A stretch of 64,000 nucleotides of DNA from Octopus vulgaris (Eukaryota). The stretch spans positions 126,728,001 to 126,792,000 of the forward strand of contig OX597815.1 in NCBI GenBank assembly GCA_951406725.2, given 5' to 3'. Made by a program: the position numbers and the translations under genes. The notes under the pieces were generated by a model that worked only from the letters and a program-made list of their open reading frames with translations, searched no databases and was not told the origin of the DNA. This document shows positions 55,766-64,000 of the stretch, in pieces (the stretch's first letter is position 1; every line of letters starts with the position of its first letter).

Positions 55766-55879
55766 TACAGGGTAAATGTTTTTCAATTTTCTCCTGGTTT
55801 ACGGAATTGACGTTATTTTGCGGTTAAAGCTTTTGGCTGTTATTTCTAGTGGGTGAATGGCCTATTATGATATATTATG

Positions 55880-55929
<50 letters not shown>

Positions 55930-56118
55930 TACGACAGGCTTCTTTCAGTTTCCGTCTACCAAATCCACTCACAAGGCATTGGTCGACCCGGGGCTATAGC
56001 AGAAGACACTTGCCCAAGATGCCACGCAGTGGGACTGAACCCAGAACCATGTGGTTGGTTAGCAAGCTATTTACCACACAGCCACTCCTGCGCCTATATA
56101 TATACATAAAAACATATA

Positions 56119-57287
56119 TTGGGTTGCCAACTAAGTTCCCGCCATTTTTTTATAGTTTGAAATTTATTGCGTTTTTAAATTTTGGAATCTATTTTTTTTG
56201 AGAATTCTATTTTTGAATCATTTTGGAATCTGTTTTTTTTTTTTCTAGTTAATTTTAGTTAATTTTTGTTTATTTTCAGATCAAGGTTCTAAGACTGCAA
56301 AAGCTGCTCGCGGCATTTGTGCTGTGTATGGAGAGGGTGCTATAGCTGAAAGAACCACTCGTGATTGGTATGCCAAGTTCAAAAATGGAAATTTTGACCT
56401 CAAAGACGCACCTCATTCTGGCCATCCAGTTGAATTAGATGAAGAGCAATTAAACCAACTTTTGCACGAAAATTCTCATCTAACGACAAGGGAACTGGCA
56501 GAGAAAATGGAATGCTTCCACACTGCTATAGAGAAGCATCTTTACTCGATGGTTCAGAAGTATGGAGCATGAGTTCCACATGCTTTAAGTGACAACAACA
56601 AATATCAGCAAGCCACAATCTTCGCTGGTTTGCTTGCTCATCACCGCTCAACTTGTGGACACAAGCAATGATTTCTTTACTGAATCGTTACTGGTGATGA
56701 AAAATAGTGCCTGTACATCAATATGAAGCAGCTTAAGGAATGGCTAAGCCCCAGTAAACAAGTGACACCGCATGTGAAACAAGATCTTCATCCGCGAAAA
56801 ACAATGTTGTGCATACGGTGGGACTGGGAAGGGATTATCCATTATGAATTGCTTGAATGGAACCAAACAGTCAACACGGAACTCTATGTTCAACAGGTGG
56901 AATGATTCAACACAACTATTCAAAAGAAAAGACCTAATCATCAGTATGGAGTTCTTCTGCTGCACAACAACGCCCGCCCTCATATTGCCAATATAACCAA
57001 ATAAGCCATTCAAACGCAGGGCTGGGAAGTGCTGCTGCACCTGCCATATTCTCTTGATTTGGCACCAATGGATTTCCACCTCTTTCTATCTCTTTCAAAT
57101 GCTATGCATGGAGTTTCGTTCAATACTGATGCAGAAATGAGAGGGATTGAAAATTTTGTTGAACATTGGGAAGAAGTTGCAAACAACAACAGTGAATACC
57201 TTATTGATTAATTAGTTGTTATTTTTTACTAAATCTGTTAAGAAATTTAAATTTAAAACAACGGCAGGAATTTAGTTGCCAACCCAA
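56119..57287 (+). mobile_element. Near full-length decayed mariner (Tc1/mariner) transposon
   Basis: TA target duplications at 56117-56118 and 57288-57289. TIRs are ttgggttgccaactaagttcccgcc and ggcaggaatttagttgccaacccaa. Transposase fragments include an HTH region, (W>stop)VPHAL, IVTGDEK, HNNARPH and YSLDLAPMDFHLF, with many stops. The TIR resembles the mellifera subfamily (from memory). Confidence 0.93.
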
Positions 57288-57509
57288 TACATATCTATAC
57301 ATGTATAAATATATATACATGTATATATATATATATATACATGTATATATACATATACCTATATATATACATGTATATATATATATAGAGATGTATATCT
57401 ATATACATGTGTATATATACATATATATATATATATATACAGTATATACATATATACATGTATATATACATATTTATATATTAACAATATACATATGTAT
57501 ACATATAAA

Positions 57510-57557
<48 letters not shown>

Positions 57558-58067
57558 TGTATACACACATATATATACACACATATATATATATACACAC
57601 ATATATATGTATATATACATGTAATAAATAAATAAAAAATGAAGAACAAACACAAAAGAACAACGTGAGGAAACAGAGGAATGTTCAGTAGAAAAGGAAG
57701 ACAGAGGAAAAAAAATTCCCAACGATTCACATATAGGAGGAGCACTCCATCGGTTATGATGATGAGGGTCCCAGCGGATATGTTCAATGGAACAGCTTGC
57801 AAATGAAATTAATGTGCAAGTGGCTGAGCACTCCACAGACACATGTACCATTAATGCAGTTTTCGGGAGATTCAGTGTGACACAAAGTGTGACAAGGCTG
57901 GCCCTTTGAAATACAATTACTACTCATTTTTGCCAGCTGAGTGGACTGGAGCAATGTGAAGGTGTGTGGCTTAGTGGTTAGGGTATTCAGTTCATAATTG
58001 TAAGGTAGTGAGTTCAGTTCCTGGAAACACACTGTGTCCTTGAGCAAAACTTGATTTCATATACATA

Positions 58068-58159
<92 letters not shown>

Positions 58160-58324
58160 CATGTATATATACATACATCTATACATATATATCTACACAT
58201 GGATACATATGCATCTATACATATATATATATATATGCATACATATATATGTGCAGATGTATATACACATATATACATGCATATATATATATACACACAC
58301 ATATATGCATGTATGTATATATGT

Positions 58325-58600
58325 AAATGAGATAATAGTTTCAGTATTAATATTGAAAGTGTTAAAACTGGAAGTATCTCACATTACAATAGAGATGTTA
58401 TTGTTTCACTTTTGACATGTAATACTGAAATAGTGTAAGAAATAAGAGATTGCTCCGGGTTTGCATCAGGCAAGAAATTGAAAATTGTTTGGCCCATGAC
58501 ACTGCATAGACCCTAAGTAAGGCATGTGTAAAATTTGAATGAAATTGGTTGGGTAGTTCACATACAGACAGACACACATTCTCAGTTTGATATATATAGA
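58325..58600 (-). mobile_element. Helitron-like 5' fragment
   Basis: The minus strand starts a|tctatatatatcaaactgagaatgtgtgtctgtc, resembling the 5' end of 51709-52103. Confidence 0.5.
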
Positions 58601-58949
58601 TTGAATGATTTGGTTATTCAACTTAAATACATAAACTTTTGCAATAGATTACAGTGTATGAAACTAAGATTCAAAATTTCAACAAGAAGGAAAATAGGCA
58701 GATTATTAAAAAAAATTTAATATTATAGTTAGATAGATACCTCTTATTAATTTGTGGATCTATTTTTGTAACTGAAGTAAACCTTATGGATTTTCTGTTT
58801 GTTTGAAACCAAAGTTTCCATGGGAGAAATTCTCCTGTAAACACTTTCAAATAGCTACCAGTTGGGTGAGTACTTCCTGAGGTAAATATCTAGTTTATTT
58901 AACCCCTCCTCACTTACACTATATATAAATGGTAAATGGAATATGACAG

Positions 58950-59280
58950 AAGGTGGAAAATATGAGAGTTTATTATTAACCACAACAATCATTTTGACAC
59001 ATCTAGCATCAATCCCTCACAAGTGAGACACTTAACAACTAGCTCAGTAGCATCTGATGGTGCTGATGTGTCTCATTGGGTGATAAATAGACACAACTTA
59101 TTAAAATAACAGTTCTGCTATGTATCTTTTCATTTCATTGAAAGAAAAGCAGCATAACGAAGGAAATATCTTCATTTACATAGAAAATCAAAAATAAAAC
59201 CATAGATGCAAAAAAGAAATGAACATATAATAGAGTGGGAAAAGTATTAAAAATAACTGTTAACAAATATGGATGTATAA
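58950..59280 (-). mobile_element. Third copy of the 5270-5605 repeat family, with a decayed hammerhead at about 58978-59085
   Basis: Aligns by eye with the reverse complement of 5270-5605. The minus strand reads atcac-ccaatga-gacacatc...gatgtgtc-aaaa-tgattg-tt-gtggt. Confidence 0.65.
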
Positions 59281-59458
59281 ACGTCCTCATGCAAGTTGCC
59301 TGGCATGTCTACAATCACCCATACAAGCATCCATGAAAATGTAAACATATGCACATGTGTGGTTTGGTGCACTCACGGTGACAAAGCAAGTTAAATAGCT
59401 ACTTGGTGTTAATAAGAATGGGGAGGTTAAAACTAAACTTAATTCGTCTCTACCTTAA

Positions 59459-59679
59459 CCCTTTCATTACTGTATTTATTTTGAGATGCTCTGTGTTTCT
59501 TTCAATTACTTTAAATATAACAAAGAATTCAGTAAATTAACTTAGTTATCATTCAGACAGAGTTAGGAACATAAATTATGACTAAGGTTAGGTGGAAGAT
59601 TTTAATTCAAAATTTATGAAAACAAGACCTTTGTACTACAGAACCAGAGCTGGTTTCAGCAGGGTTGGTAACAAAAGGT
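59459..59679. mobile_element. piggyBac-type MITE
   Basis: TTAA|ccctttc...aaaaggt|TTAA; the internal sequence matches the other two copies. Confidence 0.8.
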
Positions 59680-60412
59680 TTAAAGTAAATTATGTCAACA
59701 GTTACTTAAATTCATTCCCACTGCAGTGTGTGAAAGTACATTTATATGTGTGTAGGTATAATGAGAGTCTTACAGAAATTCTATTAATGATATTCTCATT
59801 GGTCTACAAAATAGACAGGGATTCCTCGAAGCAGAGTTGGCTTCTCCTGGAAATGATATTGAATGGTTTCGTGTGCCTTACTATGGACCAAGTTATGTTG
59901 TACTTAATTTTTTTCTTCCTACAGTCGCCATACAAAATCGGCCAAAGATGCTGGACATTTCTTATTGATTCTCTTAAAGTTGGTCACACGCACACACACA
60001 CACAAACACACACACACATGGCCTCGCTTGGTTGGTGGTAGTGATGGGATTTAAATTTCAATTTTTTTTTGTTGCTTAAATCCCAGCAATGTACTACACG
60101 TGTGTTGCTTCCTTATCCCTGTTCCATAGAATGTGCTTATGGGAAGAAAGTTATTGAAAATCATCCATAAATGTGACAGTAACAAAGAAATGAGGAAGGT
60201 AGTCGTCGAATGTGCTAGAAACAACAGCCAAATCTCCCTTAAATCACACACCTTTTTGTTTGAAAATATTTAGAATTTTTTTTAGCAAAAGGGTTTCTCT
60301 CATGGTTATAAAAATTAAATGATAGTATTGTAGTTACAGGTGGGTCTCCTTAGTCTCCTGGCAACCAATATTTTTAGACCCAGTACGCCATTGTATATAT
60401 ATATATATATAT

Positions 60413-60443
<31 letters not shown>

Positions 60444-60569
60444 ATTTGTGAAATACCTCCCTAAAGGTTAGTACCATTCTACTCTCTAACAAGTTATTTT
60501 CTTAACCCTGACGTTTTGAAAAAAATCTTTCTCTAAATATTATAACTGTATCAAGTAATTTCCTAAATA

Positions 60570-60780
60570 CTCTAAACATAAGAACATTGTGGCATAATTT
60601 TTTCACTGCAAATAGACCTGGTCTTTTCAATATTATTCCAAAAGAAATTAAAGTAGAAAAACTTCCCACAACTTTCAAACGGTACCTGAACAAATTCTTC
60701 CAGGAAATACCAGATAACCCACCTACACCTGGATATGTCTCAGCCAACAACAACTCTCTGCTTGAGTGGTCCATGGTGTC
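60570..60780 (+). mobile_element. CR1-group LINE 3' fragment
   Basis: HNFFTANRPGLFNIIPKEIK...FKRYLNKFFQEIPDNPPTPGYVSANNNSLLEW. Confidence 0.7.
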
Positions 60781-60994
60781 CCAAAAGACTTTTCCAGGCC
60801 TTGCTATTGAGTTAGTTATGGCCTGGGCTGATAATAGCTGAAACCAGTCTAAGTTGTTTAAGTTATGTATGTCCATTCTACTTGTCCATTCTTGCATCAT
60901 AAACATTTTCATTTTTAATCAGAATATGGTACTGGTTTCACGCATCCTTTAAGTTAATTTAACCAATACTATTAGAGAAAGGCAAATATTATTT

Positions 60995-61213
60995 TATTTT
61001 CTACTCTAGGCACAAGGCCTGAAATTTTGGGGGTGGAGGCCAGTCAATTAGAACGACCCCAGTACGCAACTGGTACTTAATTTATCAACACTGAAAGGAT
61101 GAAAGGCAAAGTCGACCTTAGCGGAATTTGAACTCAGAATGTAAAGGCAGATGAAATATTGCTTGCTAGGCATTTTGCCCAGTGTACTAATGATTCTGCC
61201 AGCTCACCATCCT
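60995..61213 (-). mobile_element. tRNA-SINE (same family as 46338)
   Basis: Near-identical organisation to 46338-46554. Confidence 0.85.
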
Positions 61214-61229
61214 AAACAGTTATGAATAT

Positions 61230-61260
<31 letters not shown>

Positions 61261-62091
61261 CTACCTTCTTCACCCAATATTTCTCCTCCAGAAATTCCCA
61301 CCAGAAGCAACTGTGACTATAAATTATTATCCAATCATTTTGTTCTTAGTCAAGTCCTCAGTCTTTTGCTGTTTGGCTTGGCTTGAAAAAAATCCATTGA
61401 GCAATTCTTTGAAATGACATACTAGTCACATGATGATGATAATGATTATGAAAAACATTGTATTGGAGCAATTTTTATAGCAAAAAAGGAAAGGATATAA
61501 TTCTTGTAAAATCATGCTTTTTCGGTGAGGTGCAGATAGTTTTACAATTTCCTTCTTTATTTTATTTTTTACTTCCTCTTTTACTGCTACTTTCATAAGT
61601 GTAGTTTTAATAAAATTCCAGGTTGTAAGCCATTTCCTTTTCAGACCAACTTCACTTAATGTTACCAATAACCATGTTAAGGAATGCATGCATGGTACAG
61701 CAATGTTTGCTGTCTTTTATTAAATTTGGATCCAAGAAATTTCTATTGAGGAAAATGGAATGGTTATTATTGTTATTATTCAATGACAGAGTAATGTAAA
61801 CCTGATAACAGGGGAAATGGTTGTGGCAGGGGTGGCAGTGGGAGTGGTATGGGCGATGGTGGTGGTGGTGGCGATGCCTATATATATGAATACATATATA
61901 TTCTTTTATTCTTTTATTTGTTTCAGTCATTTGACTATGGCCGTGCTGGAGCACCACTTTTATTCTTTGTAAGCCTAGTACTTATTCTATCGGTCTCTTT
62001 TGACAAACCGCTACATTACAGGGATGTATACACACCAGCATTGGTTGTCAAGCAATTTTGGGGGGGGGGTAGGTCAAACACACACACACAC

Positions 62092-62137
<46 letters not shown>

Positions 62138-62948
62138 CACATTCGCCAATTCACCAGTGTAAGACGACTTGGCAACATCTTGGTGTTTTGATCTTGTCAC
62201 ATGTCTCATCACTCAAATCTAGCCTACTGAGCAAATGAATCTGACAAGAGCACAAGCACAGGATGTTCTCAGTTAATGAAAGTCAGCAATGATCATATAT
62301 TCACATTTGAATCTGCCAGAACATATTAAGAATGAAAAGACATACTAATGTTATTTAATTAATCTTTTTGTGAACTAATGAAGAATGGATAACAGAACCA
62401 AACTAACCAAACATAATCTTCTGAATACAATTATTCCATTATTAACACAGTAATTAAGAAATATATGACAAATCATTAAATCCAAAGTAGTAGAAAGGAA
62501 AAATACATGTTATTTTTAGCACAAAATTGGCCTGTTTCAAAATTTCTTCTCAATTTTGGGTTTTTTAAAAATTATAAACAAAAGAATATTGTCCCCCACT
62601 CCCACCAGATCAGGTGAAATTTATTCCATTTAGAGAACCCCTATTCTATATAACATGAATGTTATGAACAAAAAAAAGAAAGGATGATGATCACAATTAT
62701 AATACTGTATGTGTAGTGGCTGGCTGACTCAGTCAATAACATATCAAATTACCAGCATGTATGCCAATAGTTCAATTCTGAGATGATTTAGTGTGTTTCT
62801 CAGCAAAATAGTGTTTAGAAGGTTACCTAAAATAATCTGAGATTGTTACCTGTGATCGACCAATGTCCTTTCCATATGGAGAACATAAATCTCAGCCATT
62901 AACATGAAGAAACCAGAAAAAAGCACTGTTTAATTACAATCTCTTTAA

Positions 62949-63163
62949 CCCTTTCATTATTGTATATATTTTGAGATGCTCTGTTTGTTTCAATTACTTT
63001 AAATATAAAGAATTTAGCAAAATAACTTAGTGATCATTCAGCTAGTGTTAGGAACATAAATTGTGACTAAGGTTTGGTGGAAGATTTTAATTCAAAACTT
63101 ATGAAAACAAGACATTTGTACTCAGAGCCAGAGCTGGTTTCAGCCAGGTCAGTATCGAAAGGG
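62949..63163. mobile_element. piggyBac-type MITE
   Basis: TTAA|ccctttc...gaaaggg|TTAA. Confidence 0.85.
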
Positions 63164-63828
63164 TTAATCTTGAGAATCATTTGCATTTATAAACTTTATA
63201 AGTTATGCATATACAACAAAATACATACACACATATAAATATGTAAGCCCTTATGCATATATGTGTGTATACACATATATACTCTTTTACTTGTTTCAGT
63301 CATTTGACTGTGGCCATGCTGGAGCACCGCCTTTAGACGAGCAAATGACCCCAGGACTTATTCTTTGTAAGCCTAGTACTTATTCTATCGGTTGCTTTTG
63401 CCGAAACACTAAGTTATGGGGACGTACACACACCAGCATCGGTTGTCAAGTGATGTTGGGGGTCAAACACAGACACACAAACATATACACACACATACAT
63501 ATAAACGACGGGCTTCTTTCAGTTTCTGTCTACCAAATCCACTCAGAAGGCTTTGGTTGGCCCAAGGCTATAGTAGAAGACACTTACCCAAAGTGCCATG
63601 CAATGGGACTGAACCTGGAACCACATGGCTGGTAAACAAGTTGCTTACCACACAGCCACTCCTGTGCCTATATGTATGTCATTATTCAGTTTCATTTCAA
63701 GATTTTTTGCCAATAGAGAAAGCGCTGGTTTCTAACAAAATCCAAGTCACCCTCATTGGAATTTCAACAACATCTTTCTGTATGTACGTATGTATGTATT
63801 TCTGTATTTCTGTATGTATGTATGTATG

Positions 63829-63861
<33 letters not shown>

Positions 63862-64000
63862 GTGCATATTTGTATGTTTTGCTTTGTATATGTATTCTCA
63901 TGCATATAGTTGCATATCTAGACATGCTCATATGTATTTAAATGATAAACTTCTGGAAAGTTTTATAGATTTTTACAGTCTCAGTGATGGATTGGATCTG

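Larger units (their letters stand above)
54025..55869. mobile_element. Young hammerhead-ribozyme repeat array (non-LTR retrozyme / Penelope pseudo-LTR-like): two ~491-bp tandem units plus ~1.7 inverted units, inserted in (TA)n
   Basis: Units start at 54025, 54516 and (stub) 55005. Inverted units start at 55020 and 55511, the second truncated at 55869. Copies are nearly identical, each carries a hammerhead core, and (TA)n flanks both ends. There is no credible ORF. Confidence 0.85.

Noticed and set aside
54025-55869. CRISPR array or TIR DNA transposon interpretation of the array
   Set aside because: There are no unique spacers or cas genes, and the DNA is eukaryotic. The ends are asymmetric (54025 versus the equivalent of 54149), with no terminal inverted repeat or defined TSD.
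60120-60210. Minus-strand FLISLLLSHLWM as a candidate for the upstream KCNQ1 S1 exon
   Set aside because: It does not match FLIVLVCLIFSVLSTI...LFWM and has no suitable splice sites. That exon appears to lie outside the window.

Overview
AT-rich, microsatellite- and transposon-dense animal DNA. The repeat families suggest an octopus or other coleoid cephalopod (inference). The only host-gene coding sequence I can support is two small minus-strand exons of a KCNQ1 (Kv7.1)-type K+ channel: 47729-47855 (S2 to S2-S3 loop) and 11993-12071 (S3 to start of S4), separated by a 35.7-kb intron. The whole window is therefore probably KCNQ1 pre-mRNA. Most ORFs in the track are microsatellite artefacts. 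The introns hold tRNA-derived SINEs, RTE and CR1-group LINE fragments, mariner relics, Helitron-, piggyBac- and hAT-type non-autonomous elements, and Penelope-like element (PLE) debris. The most notable structure is a young 1.85-kb array (54025-55869) of ~491-bp units, two in tandem and then two inverted. Each unit carries a type-I hammerhead ribozyme motif with a complete catalytic core and an unusually large stem-II domain, and the array as a whole forms an ~850-bp palindrome. About eight further hammerhead-like motifs, intact or decayed, from several different repeat families are scattered through the window. Some lie next to GIY-YIG remnants or within similar divergent fold-backs.
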